Positions 8,137 through 20,100 of a stretch of 38,188 nucleotides of DNA are shown here, one piece after another. Source of the stretch: a virus (taxonomy: Duplodnaviria > Caudoviricetes); the IMG/VR virus record IMGVR_UViG_3300031519_005349, positions 1 to 38,188 of that record; one strand, given 5' to 3'. How positions within the stretch are numbered: the first letter of the stretch is position 1; each line of letters starts with the position of its first letter. The notes beneath the pieces were generated by a model, which saw only the letters and a list, made by a program, of their open reading frames with translations, was not told where the DNA came from and did not search any database. A program made the translations under genes and the position numbers.

Positions 8137-9308
8137 TGGCTTATAGAAAAACTAATTTTGTTCCTAATAGAGAAATTAACAAAACAGGAGCAGCAAACTA
8201 CGAAGATGTTTATACTATTATACGAGATAACGTAGATCAAGAATTTGAATTTTACGAAATCGAGCCAGCCGTAGTAAAGGAAATCTTTATTGAGCCTGGC
8301 TCACTACCAATAGTAGATAAACTTCCTGATTATTCTGTGTATGGTAGTATTAGGGCCAGATATTTAGAGAGCCAAAACAGAGATGACATTATTGAAGAAT
8401 ACATAAAACCACTTTCTTCCCACATGGTAGTTTATCCTATCATTGGCGAAGTCGTAAATGTAGCTAGATATGGTGATCAATTGTTTTACTATACTCCTAT
8501 AAATTTTCATAACAAAGTAAATATGAATAGAGTTGCTGGTGCTACTAGAGATACCGAAGGACCTAAGCCAGGTATAACAAAAAAGAATAGACAATTTGCT
8601 TCAATGAAGGGTGATATAAATATAAATGGTAGATTTGGTCATGGTGTAAAATTTACCAGTAATGAAGATTATAGGTATCCTGTTATACAAATTACCAATG
8701 GTCAATATAATGATATAAGAAAAGATAAAAATTTATATTTTCCTCATGTACAAAATATTAATGACGATGGCTCTACAATGCTATTTTCTTCTGGTGAATT
8801 AACTGATAAAAATAAAATTATAATACCAGCTGCTAAATCATCTTGGTGGCCTACCAAATGGAAAACCTCAATATTAGGCAATCTAATTGTGTTAAACTCT
8901 GATAGCTTAGTCTTTAATGCAAAAGGTAGAAAAGGTGATCTTCATTTATTTGCTACTAGAACTATTGGAATGGGCGCGAACCACTCAATAACTTTAGAAG
9001 TAGGAAAAGCAGGTGTTATAAATTTAGGAGAGTCTGATAGTACCAATCCTATACTGAAAGGGGTTCAGACAAAAGATTTATTTGAAAAAATATTTTTTAC
9101 ATTATTGAACTTTTCAAATGCTCTTAAATCTTTACCTGAACAACCTGAAATAAATTCTGCAGCTGAAGCTATGTATGATTCAATTGTAGATATAGAAAAA
9201 AGAGTTTTACCTAAAGTATTTAGCAAAACAGTTTATATAATCGAAGAAAAACGTAATGATTTTGTGGAGAGCGTGGGACAGCAGCCTCTCGCGAGGGTAA
9301 CCTATTAA
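8136..9308 (+). CDS. Baseplate hub/central spike protein (gp5/VgrG-like OB fold, no lysozyme domain evident)
   Basis: G.I.......PL......YPIIGEVV (OB fold), GD..INGRFG, LNSD.L.FNAK beta-rich C-half; upstream of gp25/gp6-like genes. Confidence 0.55.
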   Translation: MAYRKTNFVPNREINKTGAANYEDVYTIIRDNVDQEFEFYEIEPAVVKEIFIEPGSLPIVDKLPDYSVYGSIRARYLESQNRDDIIEEYIKPLSSHMVVYPIIGEVVNVARYGDQLFYYTPINFHNKVNMNRVAGATRDTEGPKPGITKKNRQFASMKGDININGRFGHGVKFTSNEDYRYPVIQITNGQYNDIRKDKNLYFPHVQNINDDGSTMLFSSGELTDKNKIIIPAAKSSWWPTKWKTSILGNLIVLNSDSLVFNAKGRKGDLHLFATRTIGMGANHSITLEVGKAGVINLGESDSTNPILKGVQTKDLFEKIFFTLLNFSNALKSLPEQPEINSAAEAMYDSIVDIEKRVLPKVFSKTVYIIEEKRNDFVESVGQQPLARVTY

Positions 9309-9812
9309 ATGGCTATTATCTCAGAAATATTAAGAAAGGAGCTTAAAAAAATTGTTCATAAAAAAATTGAAAAATTAGACTACGAAGTTGATTGTGTAGT
9401 AGAAGATATAAGACAAGGCCAAGGCGGTGGACTGAATACCGAAAAGATTATAAAAACTATAGAAAAAGCTAAAAAGGACGCGGAAGAATTTGAAAAAAGA
9501 AGAGAGCAAGCAGAAGATATATATAGAATATTAAAAGCAGCTTACAAAGTAGCACAAGCTACTGAAAAAGGTGCTGAAATAGGTTCAGCTTTAAATCCAG
9601 CGGCTGCAGCTTTAAGAATACTTTGGAAATATATTTTGATTGGATATGATATAGAGATGAGAGATTTAAATTCTGTTATTAAAGCATCGCCTGCTTTATT
9701 GAAGAACTTAAAAGACTTTTTAAAAAGATCTAGTTCAAAAATTATAGCTGCAAAAGCAGCACAATTAGTAAAGGAAGATGTTTCTAAACAAAGAAAAAAA
9801 GACGTGGGTTAG
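9309..9812 (+). CDS. Hypothetical helical/coiled-coil protein
   Basis: 167-aa ORF contiguous with neighbours. Confidence 0.7.
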   Translation: MAIISEILRKELKKIVHKKIEKLDYEVDCVVEDIRQGQGGGLNTEKIIKTIEKAKKDAEEFEKRREQAEDIYRILKAAYKVAQATEKGAEIGSALNPAAAALRILWKYILIGYDIEMRDLNSVIKASPALLKNLKDFLKRSSSKIIAAKAAQLVKEDVSKQRKKDVG

Positions 9813-9813
9813 T

Positions 9814-9824
9814 ATATTTATATA
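9814..9824 (+). promoter_or_regulatory. Putative late promoter ATATTTATATA
   Basis: Recurrent motif followed by TAAGGAG RBS. Confidence 0.75.
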
Positions 9825-9843
9825 AAACAGTAAGGAGTTAGTA

Positions 9844-10323
9844 ATGGCTAAATCATCAAAAATAGTTAGTTTAATTAAAGAAATAGTTAGACAAGAAGTT
9901 AAAAAAGAGGTAAGGGAGATATTTATTAAGGAAGGAATGAAATCTATGGCTAAGCAATCTACGATAGTAGAAGATGTAGTCGTGGAAGTTCTACCCGAAA
10001 GAAAAGTCAAACCAAAAAAAGAAATAAATTACACAAAGAATCCGGTTTTAAATGACATATTAAATGAAACTGCTAGAGCTGGTGAAGATGAAGAATATCC
10101 AACTATGAGTGGTAAAACATTTGATAGTTCAAAGATGGCTCAGGCTATGGGATATGGTAATGTGATGGACGGAAATGATGAGATGAGAAGAAAAGCGGCT
10201 GCAATAGAAACAGCACAAGCAGCTGGTATGAATCCTGAAAGTGTTCCTGAAAAAGTAATGGGAGCTTTAACAAAAGATTATAGTGGTGTAATGAAAGCTT
10301 TAAAAAAGAGGGATGGTAAATAA
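9844..10323 (+). CDS. Hypothetical late protein with several [LI]-x-E motifs
   Basis: Strong RBS; LIKEIVRQEVKKEV, FIKE, IVE, LNE. Confidence 0.7.
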   Translation: MAKSSKIVSLIKEIVRQEVKKEVREIFIKEGMKSMAKQSTIVEDVVVEVLPERKVKPKKEINYTKNPVLNDILNETARAGEDEEYPTMSGKTFDSSKMAQAMGYGNVMDGNDEMRRKAAAIETAQAAGMNPESVPEKVMGALTKDYSGVMKALKKRDGK

Positions 10324-10733
10324 TGAGCACAATAGGAAATGATTTAGATGTTGATACTTATATTGGAGTTGCGTTGCCGATGGGGCATGGATTAAACGGG
10401 TTCTTTGAAAGAACTAAAACATCTTTAGAACAAACTAAACATAATATAAAAAATCTCTTACTAACTAGAAGAGGGGAAAGATTAGGCAATCCAACCTTTG
10501 GATCTGATTTATTAGCTGTTTGTTTTGAACCAGACGGTGATGATTTATCAACTAAAATAGAAGAAACTATAGAATCCGCTATGAGTGAGTTTTTGCCATT
10601 TGTAATAATAGAAAGTATAGAAACTGAATTTTCTGATGTAAATAGGAATACTATTAATGTATCTATGAGATTTACATTAAACGTAGATTCAGCTAGTTCA
10701 GAAACTTTATCTATAGATGTAAGTAACTATTAA
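10323..10733 (+). CDS. Baseplate wedge subunit, gp25/GPW family
   Basis: KHNIKNLLLTRRGERLGNPTFGSDL and FLPFV.I..I signature. Confidence 0.92.
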   Translation: MSTIGNDLDVDTYIGVALPMGHGLNGFFERTKTSLEQTKHNIKNLLLTRRGERLGNPTFGSDLLAVCFEPDGDDLSTKIEETIESAMSEFLPFVIIESIETEFSDVNRNTINVSMRFTLNVDSASSETLSIDVSNY

Positions 10734-10744
10734 GGAGATAGGTA

Positions 10745-12718
10745 ATGCCATACACAACACCTAAAAAATCAGTAAAGGAAGTTAGATATCTTAATAAGGA
10801 CTTCACATCTTTTAAAGAAAATCTGATTGAATTTACTAAAATATACTTTCCAAAGGAATATAATGATTTTAACGAATCAAGTCCTGGAATGATGTTTATT
10901 GAAATGGCATCTTATGTAGGAGATGTTCTATCTTATTATATAGATAATCAGTTCAAAGAAAGTTTACTAGCTTATGCTGAAGAGAAAAGAACTGTATACA
11001 ATATGGCACAATCTTTGGGTTATAAACCAACATTAGCAACTGCAGCTTCAGTTGACATTGATATGTTCCAAACTGCTCCAGCAACAACGGCTGGTTCTGG
11101 CGATGGATATACAACAAATCCTGATTTAAATTATGCTTTGACTATTAAAGCTGGAATGGAAATTAAATCAGATACGGATATAACATTTAGCACAACTGAA
11201 GATTGTAATTTTAAATTTTCAAGCTCTTTTGATCCAATGAGTGTTTCTATTTATGAGAGTTCAGGAAACACACCGGTAACTTATTTATTGAAAAAAACCG
11301 TTAGAGCTATTAGTGGAAATGTAGCTACAGATTTTTTTACTTTCAATACTGCTGAAAAGTATAAAAGGATTGCTTTAGCTAATAGTGACGTGACGGAAAT
11401 AATTTCTTGCACAGACAGCGATGGGAACAGCTGGTACGAAGTTCCATTTTTAGCTCAAGATACTGTATTTGAAGATATGCAAAATACAGTAAGAAATGAT
11501 GATGAGTTATTTACTTATGCTGACCAAGCTCCGTACTTACTAAAACTTTTGAAAACTTCAAGAAGATTTACAACATTTATTAGAGAAGATGGTAGAACTG
11601 AATTGAGATTTGGCGCGGGTACATCAGATAGTCCTGATGAAGAGATAATTCCAAGTCCAGAGAATGTTGGTTCATCACTTCCAGGTTCACCTTCTTTCTT
11701 AAATACAGCATTTGATCCTTCTAATTTTTTAAAAACAAAATCTTATGGTCAAGCCCCATCAAATACCCAATTAACAATTACATATAGATATGGTGGTGGA
11801 ATTAATCACAATGTTAGGTCTAACAGTGTAAGAGAAATACAAGCTTCAAATATTTCATTACCTAGTGCTGGACTTTCTTCTGATTTGGTGTCTCAAACTA
11901 AAAATTCCCTTGCAGTTAATAATCCTTTACCAGCGGCTGGTGGTAGGGGTATTGAAAGTGTAGTTGAAGTTAAAAATAATGCATTAGCTTTTTTTCAGGC
12001 ACAAGCAAGAGCTGTTACTAAAGAAGATTATATCACAAGAGTTTATGCATTGCCTGCAAAATACGGTAATGTTGCAAAAGTTTATATAGTACAAGATACC
12101 CAATTAGATAGTAGCTCAGGAGCTAATTCTGATAGTAGAATTATAAATCCATTTGCTCTTAATTTATACACTTTAGGTTATGATTCAGGTAAGAGATTGT
12201 CTATGGTTAACCAAGCAGTTAAAGAAAATATACAAACATACCTAACTCAATTTAGAATGGTTACTGATGCTGTAAATATAAAAGACGCTTTTATAATTAA
12301 TATAGGAGTTAGATTTAATCTACTGACTAAGAGTGGATACAACAAAGAAGAAGTCGTACTAAAAGCTATTCAAAAAGTTAAAGATTTCTTTAACATTGAC
12401 AAATGGCAGATTGGACAACCAATCGTATTAGCTGACTTGGCTTATCAACTATCCTTAACTGATGGTGTATCTGCTGTTGTTCCTCCTGTAGATGACAATC
12501 CTAATGGTTTGCCTGTAACAATAGTTAATTTCTTCAAAGAATCAGATGGTTACTCTGGTAATGTTTATGATATCGCATCAGCAACAAAGAACGGTATAGT
12601 TTATCCGTCACTAGACCCAAGTTGCTTTGAACTAAAATTTGCAAACGCTGATATTGAAGGTCGTGTAGTTGGTGATTCGGCTGGAAGTCCTGGTAACTCT
12701 AATGGAGGATCTTACTAA
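10745..12718 (+). CDS. Baseplate wedge protein, T4 gp6/baseplate-J-like
   Basis: DF..FK..L....YNDFNESSPGMMFIEM.SYVGDVLSYYID, LRFG.G, GG...ES, RAVT.EDY. Confidence 0.9.
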   Translation: MPYTTPKKSVKEVRYLNKDFTSFKENLIEFTKIYFPKEYNDFNESSPGMMFIEMASYVGDVLSYYIDNQFKESLLAYAEEKRTVYNMAQSLGYKPTLATAASVDIDMFQTAPATTAGSGDGYTTNPDLNYALTIKAGMEIKSDTDITFSTTEDCNFKFSSSFDPMSVSIYESSGNTPVTYLLKKTVRAISGNVATDFFTFNTAEKYKRIALANSDVTEIISCTDSDGNSWYEVPFLAQDTVFEDMQNTVRNDDELFTYADQAPYLLKLLKTSRRFTTFIREDGRTELRFGAGTSDSPDEEIIPSPENVGSSLPGSPSFLNTAFDPSNFLKTKSYGQAPSNTQLTITYRYGGGINHNVRSNSVREIQASNISLPSAGLSSDLVSQTKNSLAVNNPLPAAGGRGIESVVEVKNNALAFFQAQARAVTKEDYITRVYALPAKYGNVAKVYIVQDTQLDSSSGANSDSRIINPFALNLYTLGYDSGKRLSMVNQAVKENIQTYLTQFRMVTDAVNIKDAFIINIGVRFNLLTKSGYNKEEVVLKAIQKVKDFFNIDKWQIGQPIVLADLAYQLSLTDGVSAVVPPVDDNPNGLPVTIVNFFKESDGYSGNVYDIASATKNGIVYPSLDPSCFELKFANADIEGRVVGDSAGSPGNSNGGSY

Positions 12719-13845
12719 TGAATTATTTTATTTTTCCAGAATCCGATACAACTATATATCAAGCAACTGGTAGTTCAAATACCGGTTTAGATCAGATATT
12801 AGAAGTAACAAAAACTTTGAGTAATTCAGGCGATAATGTAAAAGTATCTCGTGTCTTAATTAAATTTGATATAAATGAAATCTCATCTTCTATAGTAGAT
12901 GGAACTATTACAAATCCAAAATTTTACTTAAATATGTATGATGCTAATTCTCAAAATTTAACTACATCTCAAGAATTATATGCTTATCCTGTAAGCTCTA
13001 GCTGGGTTGAAGGTGAAGGAACATATTCGGATAATCCGATAACTACAGAAGGAGCTAGTTGGAAATATAGAGATGGATTAACAAACAAAAGCTTTTGGAG
13101 TGGTTCAGCAACAGAACAAGAAGGTGGTGCTTGGTTTTCAGATTATTATGCATCACAATCATTTCAATTTGAAACAACAGATATGAGAATGGATGTTACT
13201 CCTATTGTAAATAAATGGTTAGATAAAACATATGTAAATGATGGTTTTATAGTTAAGAGGAGCGGCAGTTTTAATAATGAAGATGCCAGTACCGATGAGG
13301 GAAGCTCAGAAAGATTGGGTGAGTTTAGGTTCTTTTCTAGAAATACACATACAGTATATCCACCAAAATTAGAAGTAGAATGGTTTGATACAAAGTGGAG
13401 TCAAGGTTCTTTAAGTTCTTTATCATCAACAGAATTAGAAGATTTATCTTTTTATATGAAAAGTTTAAGACCTGAATATAAAGAAAAATCAAAAGTAAAA
13501 TTTAGAATAGTTGGTAGAGCTAAATACCCTACTAAATCTTTTTCAAATACTGCTTCGGAATACTTAACTGTAAAGGCATTACCAAGCGGCAGTGTAGAAA
13601 ACATAGGCGGTGATGGAACTTATTATTCGGTAAGGGATACTCAAACCGAAGATGTTATTATACCTTATGGTACAGGCTCTTTGGTGAGTTGTGATTCTTC
13701 AGGAAACTATTTTAACCTTTGGATGAATGGTTTACAATCAGAAAGATATTATAAATTTGAGTTTAAAGTCGTAAGCGGAAGTAATACTTCTGAAGAAACT
13801 GAACAATATTACGATGACGATTTTATATTTAAAGTTGTGAGATAA
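12718..13845 (+). CDS. Virion structural protein, DNRLRE/CBM96-like beta-sandwich plus Ig-like C-terminus
   Basis: DTTIY, SRVLIKFD, W.EG.G, MDVT.IV..W, F.S......PPKLEV. Confidence 0.55.
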   Translation: MNYFIFPESDTTIYQATGSSNTGLDQILEVTKTLSNSGDNVKVSRVLIKFDINEISSSIVDGTITNPKFYLNMYDANSQNLTTSQELYAYPVSSSWVEGEGTYSDNPITTEGASWKYRDGLTNKSFWSGSATEQEGGAWFSDYYASQSFQFETTDMRMDVTPIVNKWLDKTYVNDGFIVKRSGSFNNEDASTDEGSSERLGEFRFFSRNTHTVYPPKLEVEWFDTKWSQGSLSSLSSTELEDLSFYMKSLRPEYKEKSKVKFRIVGRAKYPTKSFSNTASEYLTVKALPSGSVENIGGDGTYYSVRDTQTEDVIIPYGTGSLVSCDSSGNYFNLWMNGLQSERYYKFEFKVVSGSNTSEETEQYYDDDFIFKVVR

Positions 13846-13848
13846 AAA

Positions 13849-14163
13849 ATGCCATACACACAAGAAGAGCTGAAAAATCTTACTTTTTATCAAAATTTAC
13901 TTAGTGAGGATGAAGAACAATATTTGCAAAGAAGGGTATCTTTAGAACTGCAATCAAGTGTTTCTGGATCCGCAGACAATGGTGCTCAAGTCTCTAGAGA
14001 TAAAAGTGGTGCTATGTTACTTTTTGAAAATCCATATACTGATGCTTTAGTTGAAGATGCTACTTCAAAAATTATTTATAACACCAATGTAAAATTATTA
14101 AAAACAACATCAGCCGATACTATCATAGATGAAGTATTAGACAGAGAGTTTGAGGAGTTATAG
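13849..14163 (+). CDS. Hypothetical virion-associated protein
   Basis: 104-aa ORF inside the baseplate operon. Confidence 0.7.
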   Translation: MPYTQEELKNLTFYQNLLSEDEEQYLQRRVSLELQSSVSGSADNGAQVSRDKSGAMLLFENPYTDALVEDATSKIIYNTNVKLLKTTSADTIIDEVLDREFEEL

Positions 14164-17100
14164 TGGCTAGTAAATTAACAGAAAAAGAAAAACAACTACT
14201 TGATGCTAACATTACAACTAAAGTAGGATTAAAGTCCTATGAAGATGGGATGTGGGGATCTCAAGGAAATAAGGATTTTGTTTACTTAGAACTATTTGAT
14301 GAAAATAACAACTTTATACAATTTGAAAATTTTCCTTCATCAGATTTTTCTGTAGATCCTGAAACTGATAATATCCATTTTTATCCTGGAAAACACATCA
14401 GAAGTTTAGGTTACAAAAGTGGCGTGTTTAATATAAAATACAACTTTTTGAGAAAACTGGCTGGTTCTGAAGATCCTGTATTATTACATACAGTAAATAA
14501 ACAAAATACAAAAATTGGTGATGTATATACTAATGTAAATGCTATATACATAACTGATGAGGCTTTGGTGTATGCTGCTACCGAAGAACAATATAAAGGA
14601 AATCCTACCGCTTTTGAACAATTAGCAGTTGAGGATTTAAAATACCGAATTGATTCAGTCTCTCCAAGTAGAACTGAAGTTAGACTAAGAGCTAAAAAAA
14701 TTAATGGTTCTTATATGGATCAATTTGTCGATATTCAAACTGCCATAATGTCAACAAATGTTACAAACGAAATTAGCTTTGACGGCAACGTAGTATATGA
14801 TAGTAAGGAATTGGTATTGACTCCTGAGGTAGGCGGATTTTTATTTACACAAAAAATGATTGGTGGAACTATAACTCTAGAAAATATATTTAAAGTAAAT
14901 CAAATAGATGTTGCTGTAAGAACTGAGATTAATACAATAAAAAATCCTAGTGGTATACTTCTTGATACAGATAGTTTAGGAGAGGTAATAAATCTTTCTG
15001 ATGCATACGAGTGGGATGAAAACTTACATGCGTCTGCTGTAAAGGCTGATAATTGGACAGCTGGGTTTAACTATTTTTCCAGGTCTACAAATACCTTTTT
15101 TGGAACAGCACATTTAGGTTATCATCCACATTGGGTAGAGGGTGAAGGAAGTAATGGTGGGAATTGTATAAAGTTTTCAGATCAAAATGAGCTCTTTATA
15201 GATTTGCCTGATTGGCCCAATGATCAAAGATATAGACAAATGGCGATAGTTCAACCGGATATGAATAATTTATTAGGACAGGGTGTTAAAGGCGGTGATA
15301 TAGCTAATGTGTCTTTGAATATAAGAAGTACAGTAGCTAATAAGGGAGTTCAGGTATCTTTAAGATATGCTAATGAAATAGTACAAGAAGAAAGACCCAC
15401 AGCAGTACCAGAGGGGTATTTTAATCCAGCTGATATTCCACCTAGCGAACCGATACCAACAGATCAAGAAGGTAATGTTTTATATCCGGATGGATTTGTT
15501 GCTAACACTGCTGCTAATGCAAATACAGTTGAACAACAACCACCAGCTAGATTAGAAACTATATTATCGACATATGATATACCTTTCTACGATGGCGCTG
15601 TAGGCGATACTACTCAAGATGGAGATATGATTGGCGGAGTTGGTGCTTGGAAAATAAGCTCTGTTGTAACTATAGGATATAATTGGATACCAAATTTAGT
15701 TGGTTCTGAATATTCTAAAGCAGGAGCATTAAGTCCTGAAGAAGAATGGCTTTGGGATGGTACTGCTTGGGGTGTAAATCCTAATTTTTCAAGTCCTTAC
15801 CCAACCCCTCCAGTTGGCACAGTAAGTAAAGTACAATATCCAAACGCAATTAACTCTCATCCATATCAAATAGAAGGACAAGGATTACCAAAGTTTCCAC
15901 GAAATCGTTATCCTGGTGAAAACAGAGGATGGCAAACAGGTACAACATTAGATGGCGATGATACCAAAATGACTTCTGTTTGCGGAATACCATCCAATCT
16001 TATAAATAACAATGCTGTTATTTTATTAAAAGATGATTTAGTTTGGATTGTTGGTGATGTGAGATTTAATACAAATAAAGAAAAAATAGGCTTAACTACA
16101 ATTGATACAATGTTTCCTATGATGCACGTTGAAACAGTACCTAAAACAGATAGTGATGGGGAAGTAGTTGGAACACATACAATTTATAACGATATATTTG
16201 AACATGGTAGAATACAAAGTATAACAAGACAGCCAGACAGCTTCACGGGAGATCCAGCAAAAAAAGATCACAATAAAGATAATTCTTTTATTGTATTTTA
16301 CACAGATGGACGTGGTAATGAAGATTCAAATAAAGTATTCGAAGCTACTATAGGCGAGGATAGTTTCGCACGCTTTAGGTATTTAAAAGATTTGAATGCT
16401 AATTATAACGATCTTGTTAATCAAAATGGTGGAGAGCAGGAATGGGCATTTAATGGAAAACAATCAAGCGGACTTTATTGGCGTCACTACGCTTCTATTA
16501 AAGGCACGGATAGGCTATGGAGAATGGATCAAGGGCCTGATAATAAATCATTCTTTGGACTTGCAAACAACGGAGGTTGGTTTGAAACGGGAGACACCGC
16601 CGGCACCTCAGACGGATCCGCAGGCTCTTTTAGTAGGACGTTTGCTGGGGTGCAAGATAATTATTTTGATGTTCATTTTTCGGAAGGTCATACAGCTGGT
16701 CATTTTTCTCATTATAGTGGAATTTATAACGCAACTTCAGATACAGGCGGTTCGTGGATTCAGCTGAAAGAGGATTTATCAGGTGTCGCAGAAAGAATAC
16801 CAACAAATGAAATATTTTATGGCGCGGGAGAAGTGGGAACGGAAGGAGTCGATTTAACCTTTGGTGTTAGGAATCCAGCTGCTGAAAACTTTGGTATTCA
16901 AGACGAAGATGGGAATGTATCTAATGCAGAAATTGAGCCACTTTATGATAATGGTACAGCTATTTTTTCATTTGACGACAATCCAGGAAAAGAAGGAACT
17001 TTAAGTACTATAGGGATGTGGAGGTGGAGTGGCAATACAGTCGATGGTTGGGTAGAAGTTGCTGTAGCTCCTCCTAGATACACTTATGTCTCACCGAGCT

Positions 17101-20100
17101 TTACAAAAGCTATAATGGCTCCTGAAGTCGCAGGCCAATGGACAAAAGTAGAAACTCAGATTACGATTCCTAATGATTGGAAATTAGATCAAAAATGGTA
17201 TTTTTATATTTATGGTCATGGAAAAAGCACTACAGGAGAAATGAGCCAAGGTACAGTATGGGTTGAGGATGTGTTTATAGATTTTACTCTCACAGAACAA
17301 TCAGTAAGCATACCTGTTTATAAACCTTATAGCGTACAGATAAAAAGTGTTGGTGCTGGTGGAGATACAATTACTGTCAATAAAAGTATTCAAGAAGTCT
17401 CATTAGAAATAGGCGCTGTTGATGATGATGATGATGGGAATCCTGATATATTTGGTTTTGGTGATGCTATAGAAAGCTTTAATGGTTTTAAGATTACCTA
17501 CACAAATTTTAATCCAAAAGATTTAAGAACTTACTTAAAATTTGAAAACAATTTATTTTTAACAACCAATTTTAAATCAGATACTGTTAGTGTAAATGAT
17601 TTTCCTTATTCTATAGTATATAAACTTTATGAACCATTGCCTGATGAATATGAAAAATTTGATGAGTGTATCGTTGTAAAGGAAATGGCTAATCCATTGG
17701 AAGAGAGAGTTAAAATAATTGATTTTGTTAATGCTGAAGAGCCTAAATTAGTTCTTAAATCTCCTGATTTAAGTAATGTAGAAAGTCCAGTACAGAGTAG
17801 AGAAACTCAATATAAAACTGAATCTCAAATTTTAACAAACGATGCTGTAGTATCTACTGAACTTAGAAATGAATTTTTAAGTCAAAGTTTGGATAGCATT
17901 ACAGTAAATACAGATTATTCTAGATTTAAAAATTTTATAAACTTCGGTTCTTCAGAGGTTAGAATACGAAATTTTAAAAGAAAATTAAAAGATATAGAAG
18001 GTTACAGAATATTAAGTTCTTCTTATACTGGAGTAAGTGGTTCTACTGGAGATATGGGTGTATATCATCATAAAATAATTGATACTGAAAACAAATTTGA
18101 TCCATTTGAAAGGTATATGTATTATGAAAACTCTTCTTATATCAGTAGTTCCATTGGAGTATTTCATGATAACGCGTGGCCTAAATCAAGCGGAGCTGGA
18201 ACTTTAAGAAGTCCTTATGTTTTAGCACACACAACTTCATCACAAGCCACCACTTGGTTTTCAAATAGTATAAGTTCTGCGTCATTGTACGATGAAAACA
18301 ATTCATCTAAACTAAGCAGTATTATTCCGGAACATATAAAGTTTGACGATAATAATAAAACATATCTAAAGTTTACTGATATGATAGGACAACATTTTGA
18401 TGGTATTTGGGAGTATATAAATGCACTTGGAGATGTTTCAGATAGAAGGGATAAATTAAACGAAGGTATTTCTAAAGATTTATTGTATAGTGTCGGTAAG
18501 TCTTTAGGTTGGAATTTAAATGATGGTAAAGATTTAACAAGCTTATCAAAGTATGCTTTAGGTAAAGAAGTTACTGGTTCAAATTTCTCTGATTATTCAG
18601 AGATTTCAGAACGCGATACTTCAAGAGAAATTTGGAGTCGTATTATAAACAACATGCCTTTCTTCTTAAAAAACAAAGGTACTGTTAGAGCTTTAAAAGG
18701 ATTACTAAATATTTATGGAATTCCTTCTACTATTTTAAGAGTTAAGGAATTTGGTGGACCTGATTTGCCGGATAATGCTTTTCCTCAATTTGAGATATCA
18801 AGAAAATTTACTAAAGCTTTAGATTTTAAAGGTAGCCAGTATGTAAAAGTTGCTTGGGCTGATGACTCATCTTCAGGAAGAAAACCTGATACTGTAGAAT
18901 TTAGATTTAGATCTGCTACTGGCTCAAATCAAATACTTATAGAAAAACAAGATGTAAATAATCAAGATTGGTTTATAAGATTAAAAGATAATGGTTCAAC
19001 TGATAATTATGGTTATGTTTCATTTATGTTATCCGGTTCAGCAGCTGGGACAACCACAGGACAATATAAAGAAATACTTTCTACTGAATTTCCAGTTTAT
19101 AATGGTGATTTTTATTCTGTTATGCTTTCTAGATCATCAGGCAGCAGTAACACATCTGTTTCACAATCTTATAAATTAAGCGTAGGTAGGTATGATGAGA
19201 GTAGAAGCAAAATAAATTTATATAGTTCAACTACTATGGATGTTACACAAGCTGCTTCATCTTCGTTTAGCAATGCGTGGACAGGTAGTGGTGACATTTA
19301 TATTGGTGGTAGTGGTAGTCTAGCAAATGTTGGTGCTCAATTTAGTGGTTCTATTATGGAATACAGGCATTGGACAGAAACATTAAATACAGCATCATTT
19401 AAAAATCATATAGCCAATCCAAAGGCTTATGATGGAAATACTATATCATCTTCTTATAATAATTTAGTATTGAGATATTCATTTGATGATAATAAAAATT
19501 TAGCCAGTGATACAGAGGGTATAAGAGATGTTAGTTCAAATCAAACCCAAACATTATCAGGCTCACATGATGGATTTACAGGAAACTTTTTTAGAAGTGT
19601 GGTAGATGAAGCAAAAACTTTTATACCAAGCATAGGGGCTTTAAGAAGAACTACCAATAAAGTAAGAATTGAAAGTAATAGTTTAAAACCTGGATTTAGT
19701 TTAAGTTCCAAACAAAGAGCGACAGATAGCGCTTTTGACACAGCGCCAGCAGACTCAAATAAAATTGGAATATGGTTTGCTCCAACCGATGTTATAAATA
19801 ACGATATAATAAATTCCGTTGGCAATTTAAACTTTGATAATTTCTTAGGTGATCCAAGGGACAATGAAGAATACAGCTACAGAGGTTTAGAAAATGTAGC
19901 TGATAATTATTGGAAAAAATACACTGCGCCAAATAATTTTTGGGATTATATGAGATTGATTTCTTACTATGACCGATCATTGTATCCACAAATTAGAAAA
20001 CTAATACCTGCTAGAGCAAAACCTGATATAGGTTTATTAATAGAGCCAAATCTATTTGAAAGACCAAAAGTTGTTATAGGCAAAAAACCTACTGCGGTAG

